Shown: in pieces, positions 1 to 8,478 of the stretch
How positions within the stretch are numbered: position 1 is the first letter of the stretch
How the letters are laid out: each line of letters begins with the position of its first letter
Assembly (NCBI GenBank): GCA_964550525.1
Contig: CAZJZJ010000002.1
Span: 15,618-47,617, forward strand
Direction: 5' to 3'
DNA: 32,000 bases
From: an uncultured Methanosarcinales archaeon
GTDB lineage: Archaea; Nanobdellota; Nanobdellia; Woesearchaeales; JANQNQ01
Notes under the pieces: generated by a model
Told to the model about the DNA's origin: nothing
The model's input: only the letters and a program-made list of their open reading frames with translations
Database searches by the model: none
Translations under genes and position numbers: made by a program

Positions 1-1
1 A

Positions 2-1000
2 GAGACTGAAGATATCTTTTCTAAGCTTGCAGTTGAGCCTGTACTAAGAACTTATCTATTGTCATTGATTGCAACTGGTTTTGTAAGAACAAAGAAACAA
101 ATCCTTGACTTCTTTTCAAAAACATTCTGGGCTTTCCAGTTCGCAGACATGTTTGCATTGGAAGCTAAAATCAATAAAATGCTGAGACTATTAGTGGAGT
201 TTGAATTCATCACCTCAACTCAAGAAGATGATTTTGTTTCAGCAGATGAGGTTAGAAACGAAACCTACAAAGCAACCCTGCTTGGACAAAGAGTAGCACA
301 ACTCTATATTGACCCATTGACAGCATTTAACTTAATCCAAGGCATAAGAAAAGCAACCTCAATAAAAAAACTAAAAGAGGTTTCTTTCCTGCAACTTATT
401 TCACATACAAACGAGATGCGGCCTTTGCTTAGGGTTAAAACTTCTGAATATGATACAATCTCAGAGGAACTTGTAAAACATTATGATTATCTTCTTGAAA
501 ACGAGCCTTCTATCTACGAACCAGAATATGAAGATTATGTTGCATCCTTTAAAACAGCTTTATTCCTAAGAGATTGGGTTAATGAGGATGATGAAGAAAC
601 ATTGCTTGAAAACTACAGTATCCGGCCAGGTGAGATAAGAGTAAAGCTTGATCTAGCAGATTGGTTGTTGTACGCTTGTGAAGAAATGACTAGAATCCTC
701 AATTTTAAGCCAATACTAAAAGAACTTTCTAAGCTGCGTTATAGAATCAAGTATGGTGTGAAAGAAGAGCTTCTTACTTTATTGAAACTAAAAAATATAG
801 GAAGGGTAAGAGCAAGACGGCTTTACAAAAACAAGATAAAAACACTAGCTGATGTAAAAAAAGTAGATGCCTCTGCACTTGCTCAGATACTTGGCAAGAA
901 TATAGCCCTAGATGTAAAAAAACAAGTAGGCCAAGACATAAGCAAACTAAAAGTAAAAGAAAGGAAAAGAAAAGGGCAGATTAGTTTGAAGGACTTTTAA
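2..1000 (+). CDS. hel308: Hel308/Ski2-like DNA helicase, C-terminal part (gene begins upstream of the window)
   Basis: The frame is open from base 2 (ETEDIFSKLAVEPVLRTYLLSLIATGF...), so the track start at 59 is internal. The region has the winged-helix/ratchet style of Hel308 and a terminal HhH segment (LKNIGRVRARRLYKNKIKTLADVKK). Confidence 0.85.
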   Translation, partial: ETEDIFSKLAVEPVLRTYLLSLIATGFVRTKKQILDFFSKTFWAFQFADMFALEAKINKMLRLLVEFEFITSTQEDDFVSADEVRNETYKATLLGQRVAQLYIDPLTAFNLIQGIRKATSIKKLKEVSFLQLISHTNEMRPLLRVKTSEYDTISEELVKHYDYLLENEPSIYEPEYEDYVASFKTALFLRDWVNEDDEETLLENYSIRPGEIRVKLDLADWLLYACEEMTRILNFKPILKELSKLRYRIKYGVKEELLTLLKLKNIGRVRARRLYKNKIKTLADVKKVDASALAQILGKNIALDVKKQVGQDISKLKVKERKRKGQISLKDF

Positions 1001-1095
1001 CATATTCTAAAATTCCATACCTACATTGTAAGTAAAAAACAATAAACTTTTTATACACTAAACGCGTACATGAAAAAAAGCAAACTGGGTGGCTT

Positions 1096-2547
1096 ATGCG
1101 TATAAAAACAGGTTTAACATTTGATGATGTACTTCTATTGCCTAGAAAGTCTGATGTTCTTCCTTCTGAAGTGGATTTGAAAGCAAGACTTACAAATAAG
1201 ATCAACATCAATATTCCTTTAGTGAGTGCAGCTATGGATACAGTTACAGAGGCTGACCTGGCAATAGCAATTGCAAAGGAAGGCGGCATTGGTATTATCC
1301 ATAAAAACATGCCAATAGAAGAGCAGGTTGATGAAGTTGTAACAGTGAAAAGAGCTGCAAGCTGGATTATTAAGGATCCTATAACACTTTCTCCTGAAGA
1401 TAGGATAAGTACAGCAAATGATATAATGCAAGAGATGAATATTGCAAGTTTCCCTGTTGTTGAGAATGGTAAGGTTGTTGGTATACTTACTGGTCGTGAT
1501 CTAAGGTTTAAGAAGGATTATAACCTTAAAATCAAGGAAGTTATGACAAAGAAGGTTATAACAGCTCCTATGAACATAACTGTAGAAAAAGCTATCTCTC
1601 TTCTTGACAAAAACAGGATAGAAAAACTGCCTGTAGTTGATAGTCAAGGTAATCTAAAAGGCCTTATCACTATGAAGGATATTGAACGTACCTGGGAATA
1701 CCCTTTAACTTGTAAGGATGAAGTAGGTCATCTAAGGGTTGGTGGAGCAATAGGTCCATTTGGCATAAAAAGAGCAGGCGCATTGATCAAAGCAGGTGTT
1801 GATGTTCTCGTAGTAGATACAGCTCACGGGCATTCTATGAATGTTATAACAACTGTAAAACAGCTTAAAAAGAAATTCAATATCCCTGTTATAGCTGGGA
1901 ACGTTGCTACTGCTGTTGGCACTGAAAGCCTTATCTCAGCAGGCGCAGATGCTGTTAAGGTTGGTATAGGACCAGGCGCAATTTGTACTACTAGAGTAAT
2001 CAGCGGGGTTGGAGTTCCTCAAATTACTGCAATCCAGGAATGCGCTGAGGTTGGAGATAAACATAAGATCCCTATAATCGCAGACGGAGGTATTAAGTAT
2101 TCAGGTGATATTGCTAAAGCTATAGCAGCAGGCGCTTCAACAGTTATGGTTGGTTCTTTAATGGCAGGTACAAAGGAATCTCCTGGCAGAGATGTTTATA
2201 TCCGAGGCAGAAAGTTTAAACGTTACAGAGGTATGGGAAGTATCGGTGCAATGGCTGAAGGCTCTAAAGACAGGTATATGCAGAAGTATGTTACTGATAA
2301 TAAAAAACTAGTTCCAGAAGGTATAGAAGGTATAGTTCCTTACCGTGGCACAGTCTCAGAGGTTATATACCAACTTATTGGCGGGTTAAGGTCTTCTATG
2401 GGTTATTGCGGTGTACATAAAATAGCAGAGATGAGAAAGAAAGCTAAGTTCATAAAAATAACCTCAGCTGGATTAAAAGAAAGCCACCCTCATGATATTA
2501 CTATCACAGAAGAAGCTCCTAATTATTCTATGAATTGGGGATGGTAA
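1096..2547 (+). CDS. guaB: Inosine-5'-monophosphate dehydrogenase with CBS domains
   Basis: N-terminus [20 protein letters not shown]; catalytic loop [23 protein letters not shown]; flap MGSIGAM; paired CBS domains. Confidence 0.97.
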   Translation: MRIKTGLTFDDVLLLPRKSDVLPSEVDLKARLTNKININIPLVSAAMDTVTEADLAIAIAKEGGIGIIHKNMPIEEQVDEVVTVKRAASWIIKDPITLSPEDRISTANDIMQEMNIASFPVVENGKVVGILTGRDLRFKKDYNLKIKEVMTKKVITAPMNITVEKAISLLDKNRIEKLPVVDSQGNLKGLITMKDIERTWEYPLTCKDEVGHLRVGGAIGPFGIKRAGALIKAGVDVLVVDTAHGHSMNVITTVKQLKKKFNIPVIAGNVATAVGTESLISAGADAVKVGIGPGAICTTRVISGVGVPQITAIQECAEVGDKHKIPIIADGGIKYSGDIAKAIAAGASTVMVGSLMAGTKESPGRDVYIRGRKFKRYRGMGSIGAMAEGSKDRYMQKYVTDNKKLVPEGIEGIVPYRGTVSEVIYQLIGGLRSSMGYCGVHKIAEMRKKAKFIKITSAGLKESHPHDITITEEAPNYSMNWGW

Positions 2548-2568
2548 ACTATATAAAGGAAAGCCTAA

Positions 2569-3846
<1,278 letters not shown>

Positions 3847-3874
3847 AAAATAAAGGAAAATAAAAAAGAAAAAA

Positions 3875-4888
3875 TTAACCAGCGAACTTTCTTCGTTGTC
3901 TAAGGTTTGTAATCCTGCTGATGAAGTTAGGCTTTCTTGGTTCTTTGTTTTCAGGTTCATTCACAAAAACACTCATGTGTAAGACTACTTTGTCAAAAAC
4001 TAATGCGGATCCTGCAAGTTTATTTGACTTGATCCTTACATCTTTTCCTAGTCCTACTCCACTATAACTTTCAAGATCGCTTTCTTCAATCTCACTAATG
4101 AAGTCTTCAATCTTTCTCATTGAAGTTTGTGTAAAGTCAGATTCAATGTTATCTAGAGCATCCATTGCATAGCTTACGATCAATTTATCCCAGTTCTTCT
4201 TTAACACATTGTGGTCATTGAAAAATTCCATACCTGCAATCTTGCCGTTAACGGAAACAATAAACCCGTTCTGGCCTTCTACACATCTGAAATGCTCTAG
4301 GTACTTGTTTAGTTCTTTCTCCATGTTTCTGTAAACATCTCCCATAGCACTTGTTCTTGATTGTACTCTGTGCCTAGCTATCTTGTTGCGTATATCTCTC
4401 CAAACCATTCCTTGGTCAGATGCGAAATCGCAATTTGTACTTAAAGACATACTCACACCTCTAGAAAGGTTTTTTCTTAACCTACAGTAGGAATGGTATC
4501 TGCTAGGAGAAAACCCTCTTGATGTGCTATGCCATCTGCCTTGTTCAACACAACTTACTGGAATGACTATTTCACTTTTCTCTTTTACAAGTATGTTTGT
4601 GTTAGCTACCCTGTTTTGTTTAGCTCCTACTAGTTGTTCTCCATCCATTATCAGTACTTTCTTGTCTGATTTGTTGTTTACTCTTATCTTTGGTACAGAG
4701 CCAGATTCACTAATCTCTGTAATCTCTATCAACTTTTGTTTAAGTGCTTCATCTAAAGTAATGTAGTCTACTTTAGGGTACTCTTCAACTTTCAATGGGA
4801 ACACACTCATATTCCTATACCTAGTTACATCACCTATCTTTAATACCTTTAACAAATTCTTTATGGTTCTCATTTTACCAACCTCCAT
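3875..4888 (-). CDS. ARPP-1 (DUF6569-like) domain protein
   Basis: VLIMDGEQLVGAKQNRVANTNILVKEKSEIVIPVSCVEQGRWH matches the remembered pattern of the ARG/rhodanese/phosphatase-associated protein domain. Function unknown. Confidence 0.65.
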   Translation of the reverse strand: MEVGKMRTIKNLLKVLKIGDVTRYRNMSVFPLKVEEYPKVDYITLDEALKQKLIEITEISESGSVPKIRVNNKSDKKVLIMDGEQLVGAKQNRVANTNILVKEKSEIVIPVSCVEQGRWHSTSRGFSPSRYHSYCRLRKNLSRGVSMSLSTNCDFASDQGMVWRDIRNKIARHRVQSRTSAMGDVYRNMEKELNKYLEHFRCVEGQNGFIVSVNGKIAGMEFFNDHNVLKKNWDKLIVSYAMDALDNIESDFTQTSMRKIEDFISEIEESDLESYSGVGLGKDVRIKSNKLAGSALVFDKVVLHMSVFVNEPENKEPRKPNFISRITNLRQRRKFAG

Positions 4889-4974
4889 GTTTTATATAGC
4901 TCACGCTAGCTTGAACTTAATCTTACCACCAAAATCGTACTACAGAGCTATCGCTATGTACTTTTTATAGTGTT

Positions 4975-5898
4975 TTATCTAGTCTTAATTTTTAGAACCC
5001 TTCTTTGTAGGTTTAGTCCACGGATTAGCTCCTTGTACCTATTTCTGATTGTGACTTCACTGACTCTAGCTATTTTTGCTACATCCCTTTGTGTAACTTT
5101 GTAGCCAGAGATAAAGGCTGCAAGATACATTGAAGCAGCAGCTACTGCTACAGGGTTTTTACCTGTGATTAAACTTTTCTTTTTAGCTTTTTCAATTATG
5201 CCAATTGCTTTTGTTTGTATGTTTGGTTTAAGTTTAAGCTTATATCTTATCCTACCAAGATGATCTATAGGGTCGTCTGGTATAATCTTTAGCTTAAGCT
5301 TTCTTATTAAAAATTTGTATGATTTAGCTATATCATTTGCACCTATCTCAGTTACCTTTTCAATATAGCCTAAAGGTCTTGGTGTCTGGTTAAGTTTACA
5401 TGCTGCATATAATGAAGCAGCTATAATCTCTTTAGCTGATCTTCCTTTAAGTATGCTTGCTTGAGTAGCCATCTTGTAGATGCGTGCAGCCTCTTTCTCA
5501 ATGAATGGCACTACTTTCATCTTAGCAGCTAGCCTCTTAAGATTCTTCATATTCCTAGCAAAATTACGTTCAGTTGAAGTAAGTACGTAAGGTTGCCTTT
5601 TTATTACTTTAATCATCTTATACCTATAAGGTTCAGGCAATCTTTTTAAATCTTGCCACCCAATGAATGTGCCTGCTTCAGTAGTCCTGAATACTGAGCT
5701 AGGTACATTGAACCTGCTTCTCATAAGCTGATCCTTGTTTCTACTATATTTTGGGGTCTCATTCATATCAAATGAATATTCTTCAATAACCAAACCACAT
5801 TTTCTACATATAATCTCCCCTATATGGCTGTTGTATAAAACATTCTTACTTCCACATGTTGAGCACATTATTATGGGTACGACTACAATCACCTCCAA
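4975..5898 (-). CDS. tfb: Transcription initiation factor IIB (TFB)
   Basis: N-terminal Zn ribbon CSTCGSKNVLYNSHIGEIICRKCG, followed by two cyclin-like repeats ending ...KIARVSEVTIRNRYKEL. Confidence 0.95.
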   Translation of the reverse strand: MEVIVVVPIIMCSTCGSKNVLYNSHIGEIICRKCGLVIEEYSFDMNETPKYSRNKDQLMRSRFNVPSSVFRTTEAGTFIGWQDLKRLPEPYRYKMIKVIKRQPYVLTSTERNFARNMKNLKRLAAKMKVVPFIEKEAARIYKMATQASILKGRSAKEIIAASLYAACKLNQTPRPLGYIEKVTEIGANDIAKSYKFLIRKLKLKIIPDDPIDHLGRIRYKLKLKPNIQTKAIGIIEKAKKKSLITGKNPVAVAAASMYLAAFISGYKVTQRDVAKIARVSEVTIRNRYKELIRGLNLQRRVLKIKTR

Positions 5899-6050
5899 TG
5901 TTTAAATAAAAACACCTATTTTACATAAACAAAATACTCAGAAATCACTATGCCTAGAATTACTTGTTTTCCCACACTAGTATAAAGGCATTTATCCTTT
6001 ATAAACCTTTCTCTACTATTTAAGGCTTTTGGTGGTTCTCGTCGAGACTT

Positions 6051-6374
6051 CTACTCTTCCTTTGCTTGTAATGCTCTTTCTTTCTTGATAAGATGAGCAC
6101 TGTCAGCTATGTAGATTAGCCTGAAAACAATTAAACCAATAAATGTCCAGTCAAGCAGTATCTCTAGTAGTAGGTATATCTTAAACCTTAGTGCTCTACC
6201 CATGTAAAGATAGACAAAAGGTCCAAAGAATACTGAGATTAAAAACGCTGTTAACATTGATTTCTCTCTTTTCTTTAACCACTTTAATATAGCCCATCCA
6301 ACTAACAATAGTCCAGCAACTACAGCCAGGAAAATCCACATATACTCTTTACTAACATATAAACTAAATGCCAT
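6051..6374 (-). CDS. Small membrane protein of unknown function
   Basis: 107 aa with several hydrophobic segments; co-oriented and adjacent to the next ORF. Confidence 0.55.
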   Translation of the reverse strand: MAFSLYVSKEYMWIFLAVVAGLLLVGWAILKWLKKREKSMLTAFLISVFFGPFVYLYMGRALRFKIYLLLEILLDWTFIGLIVFRLIYIADSAHLIKKERALQAKEE

Positions 6375-6380
6375 ATTTAA

Positions 6381-6953
6381 TCACCTTTTTATTTTTTTAT
6401 AAGCAACAAAAATAACAATCAACATTTCAATTAAGATTACTAAAGGTCTCCAGATCCTATGCAAGTCTCCAAAATAGCGTGCAGTTCCAAAGAACAATGC
6501 GAACAAACCGCCTAACATAAATCCTGTTCCAATCCACTCATTCAATGTATCCTTATTTTTTGGCAGATAGATTCCTAGGGCAACTGCGATTGCACCTAAA
6601 ATAGAGGCAACTACAAAAACAACAAATCCGTGCTGCTGAGAAGCAAGATCAAATTCGTTCTGACACGTTTCACATAAGTATTCAGTTGCACAATTATTCT
6701 CATCATACTTATACCTGATAAAGCCATCTTTCTCTTTACAAGCCTGTTTATCATCCTCAGTAGGGCTAATTGTAGCACATTCTGTATCCTTCTCAGGAGC
6801 TTGAACAGGGTAAGGCCTTGCTTCATACTTCTCAAAATCACAATAATCATCATAATCTGGAGAAGGATAAATCGCTTCTATAGAAGTAAACACAAATATC
6901 GAAAACAAAACACCTATCACAAAGATAATCGCAATCTTACGCAAGTCAAACAT
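6381..6953 (-). CDS. Membrane protein with Cys-rich external segment
   Basis: Likely start is MFDLRKIAIIF at 6953, preceded on the minus strand by GAGGTG. It has an N-terminal TM, an extracellular Cys-containing stretch (C..C..C..CETCQ) and then TM segments. The track start at 7028 lies inside a palindrome and is unlikely. Confidence 0.6.
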   Translation of the reverse strand: MFDLRKIAIIFVIGVLFSIFVFTSIEAIYPSPDYDDYCDFEKYEARPYPVQAPEKDTECATISPTEDDKQACKEKDGFIRYKYDENNCATEYLCETCQNEFDLASQQHGFVVFVVASILGAIAVALGIYLPKNKDTLNEWIGTGFMLGGLFALFFGTARYFGDLHRIWRPLVILIEMLIVIFVAYKKIKR

Positions 6954-7010
6954 GGACACCACCTCTGAAAGAAATATGGCAATGGTGTTTAAAAATATTG
7001 CCTTTTTTAG

Positions 7011-7042
7011 AGCCACTGGACAAACCACCCTGTCCAGTGGCT
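7011..7042. repeat. Perfect 12-bp inverted repeat with 8-nt loop
   Basis: AGCCACTGGACA-AACCACCC-TGTCCAGTGGCT. Confidence 0.9.
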
Positions 7043-7089
7043 AGAGCTCTCCTGCTGCCAGTTTTTAGCTGTTTCAGCCCTTTCAGCAG

Positions 7090-7101
7090 AGCCACTGGAC
7101 A
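7090..7101. repeat. Third copy of the AGCCACTGGACA 12-mer
   Basis: Identical to 7011-7022 and perfectly complementary to 7031-7042. Confidence 0.9.
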
Positions 7102-7123
7102 CTGGACACGCGTGCGCGTGAGG

Positions 7124-7131
7124 TATTTAAA
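7124..7131 (+). promoter_or_regulatory. TATA box for the small-ORF cluster
   Basis: TATTTAAA immediately after the perfect palindrome CACGCGTGCGCGTG (7107-7120). Confidence 0.5.
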
Positions 7132-7257
7132 GGAAAGGATCTATTTAATTTATTGTGATGTTCAGCTTGGAAGACTGGCAGGGAGCGCATCTCCTCCTTC
7201 CCTCTGTTTCCCTGCCTACTCTTTCTGAACAACTGAATGTTCAAAGAGGTGAAACAT

Positions 7258-7377
7258 ATGGAAAAAATGGATGTAAACAAGATCAGCGATTTATTCTTTA
7301 AACAAATCCGTAACCTTAGTGTTAAGACTTACAAAGAGGACTTATTTGATTACCAATTTAGTGATTTATGGTTATAA
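7258..7377 (+). CDS. Short protein (39 aa), absent from the ORF track
   Basis: MEKMDVNKISDLFFKQIRNLSVKTYKEDLFDYQFSDLWL*. SD-like GAGGTG lies 6 nt upstream of the ATG, and two further SD-preceded small ORFs follow. Confidence 0.45.
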   Translation: MEKMDVNKISDLFFKQIRNLSVKTYKEDLFDYQFSDLWL

Positions 7378-7394
7378 ATCTGGAGGTGAGTAGG

Positions 7395-7589
7395 ATGAAA
7401 AAAGAGGACCTAAGAAAACTAAAGTTAAGGTTGGGTCTTGAAGAAGACAGATACCCTGTTTTCTCTTTAGACCAGGAATTTGAAGAAGAAAAGGACATAT
7501 ATTCTGAGCAGGGCGCAAACAGTTGTTGTGAAGACGATCAGATCAATCCTGCAGAAGAGGGGTTTATGAAAGGTTATCTTGCTGCATAG
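7395..7589 (+). CDS. Small acidic protein, unknown
   Basis: MKKEDLRKLKLRLGLEEDRYPVFSLDQEFEEEKD...EEGFMKGYLAA; strong SD GGAGGTGA before the ATG at 7395. The track start at 7368 is less likely. Confidence 0.6.
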   Translation: MKKEDLRKLKLRLGLEEDRYPVFSLDQEFEEEKDIYSEQGANSCCEDDQINPAEEGFMKGYLAA

Positions 7590-7690
7590 CTCCAACCAGG
7601 AAAAACTTCCCACTGATACTTCCTTCCCCAGGAATTTAGACTGAATGGGGATTGAAATAAAAAGCGAATAGCAAAAAGGAGGTGTTGTAT

Positions 7691-7960
7691 ATGGAAGATA
7701 CAACTACAGGTGTGAATACACCTGAAAAAAGGTTTAGTACAGGCGTTATTAACGCCACAATTTGGAAGAACAAGGCCATAGACAAAGATGGCAAAAATGT
7801 AGAGTACAGAACTGTTTCTTTTGAGAGACGTTACGCCTCTAAAACAGGCGACTGGAAAACCACGAGTTCTTTAAGAGTCCAGGACTTGCCTATGGCAGCT
7901 CTAGTTCTAAGAGAAGCATTTAGGTATATAGCTTTGAAACAGAAACGAGTTGCTGGGTAA
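7691..7960 (+). CDS. Small protein (89 aa), unknown
   Basis: MEDTTTGVNTPEKRFSTGVINATIWKNKAIDKDGKNVEYRTVSFERRYASKTGDWKTTSSLRVQDLPMAALVLREAFRYI; SD GGAGGTG just upstream. The track start GTG at 7682 overlaps the SD. Confidence 0.65.
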   Translation: MEDTTTGVNTPEKRFSTGVINATIWKNKAIDKDGKNVEYRTVSFERRYASKTGDWKTTSSLRVQDLPMAALVLREAFRYIALKQKRVAG

Positions 7961-8043
7961 AAAAAGAAAACGTGGCAGAGCCACGCACAGGATTGACCCT
8001 CCTGAAGTAATGGGAGTGAAACAACTATTTAAATTTTTTGTAT

Positions 8044-8156
8044 GCCGCGGTGGCAGAGTCTGGCAATGCGCAGGATTGACCCTCCTGTGCCCTTCGGGGC
8101 TCCTGGGTTCAAACCTAGTAACAGTACTCTCGCGGGTGAGATTCCCAGCCGCGGCG
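8044..8156 (+). tRNA. Type II (long variable arm) tRNA-like gene with an apparent 29-nt intron in the T-loop; anticodon loop reads TTGACCC (formal anticodon GAC)
   Basis: Acceptor GCCGCGG (8044-8050)/CCGCGGC (8149-8155); D stem GCA/TGC; anticodon stem CAGGA/TCCTG; variable arm GCCC-TTCG-GGGC; T stem CTGGG (8103-8107)/CCCAG (8144-8148). The T-loop TTCAAA|T is interrupted at the 59/60 position. Confidence 0.7.
8114..8142 (+). other. Putative archaeal BHB-type tRNA intron (T-loop, 59/60)
   Basis: Removing 8114-8142 restores CTGGG-TTCAAAT-CCCAG. A 4-bp central helix TTCA (8108-8111)/TGAG (8137-8140) lies between bulges AA|C and AT|T, as a BHB predicts. The inner helix is weak. Confidence 0.6.
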
Positions 8157-8192
8157 ACATTTTTACCTATCTTAATAGAAAAAAAGAAGAAA

Positions 8193-8267
8193 CACCAAGA
8201 ACCAGAAAAGTCCACAATACCACCCCGTATTGTACTCTTGCTGGTGTTTGGTGCTTCAATTATATAA
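8193..8267. repeat. Palindrome + TATA module, copy 1
   Basis: CACCAAGAACCAG...ACAATAC-CACCCC-GTATTGT...CTGGTGTTTGGTG, followed by CTTCAATTATATAAAGTTT. Confidence 0.7.
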
Positions 8268-8293
8268 AGTTTACGTTCAAGAAAAAGAAGATA

Positions 8294-8372
8294 CACTAAG
8301 TGCTCAAGAAAACAACTACCACCCATAGTTTGTTCTATTGGGTGCTTAGTGCTTCAATTATATAAACTTTTT
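8294..8372. repeat. Palindrome + TATA module, copy 2
   Basis: CACTAAGTGCTCAA...AACAACTA-CCACCCA-TAGTTTGTT...TTGGGTGCTTAGTG, followed by CTTCAATTATATAAACTTT. Confidence 0.7.
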
Positions 8373-8395
8373 GGATTTCCAGAAAGTTTATGCTT

Positions 8396-8430
8396 AGAGA
8401 ACGCTGGCGTTCTCTCTTGTATAAACTTTT
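8396..8430. repeat. Palindrome + TATA module, copy 3 (diverged)
   Basis: AGAGAACGC-TG-GCGTTCTCT (8396-8415), then CTTGTATAAACTTTT. Confidence 0.55.
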
Positions 8431-8478
8431 CGCTAAACAGCAAAACTTATATAATATTAGATAAGCCAGAAACATGCT

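Noticed and set aside
981-1310. Minus-strand 109-aa ORF and other antisense ORFs inside guaB, purA, accC, pccB and the fusion gene (e.g. 3333-3566, 4524-4766, 19040-19321, 28324-28563)
   Set aside because: They are shadow ORFs opposite strongly identified genes, with no SD or TATA support.
6978-7008. GGCAAT...ATTGCC hairpin followed by TTTTTT as a terminator
   Set aside because: The stem is only 6 bp and there is no plus-strand gene upstream. The segment overlaps the promoter of the minus-strand membrane gene, so it is not confidently a terminator.
8134-8148. Alternative T-arm GCGGG-TGAGATT-CCCAG that would avoid an intron
   Set aside because: Only 3 of 5 pairs form and the loop lacks TTC. 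The CTGGG-TTCAAA...CCCAG arrangement with an intron is much better.
7907-8326. 139-aa minus-strand ORF and overlapping plus ORFs (7950-8267, 8042-8299)
   Set aside because: They run through the tRNA-like gene and palindromes. Translations are low-complexity reads of structured non-coding DNA and have no plausible start signals.
7000-8460. CRISPR array
   Set aside because: Repeats are palindromic modules without uniform spacers or constant 25-37-nt repeats, and no cas genes are present.
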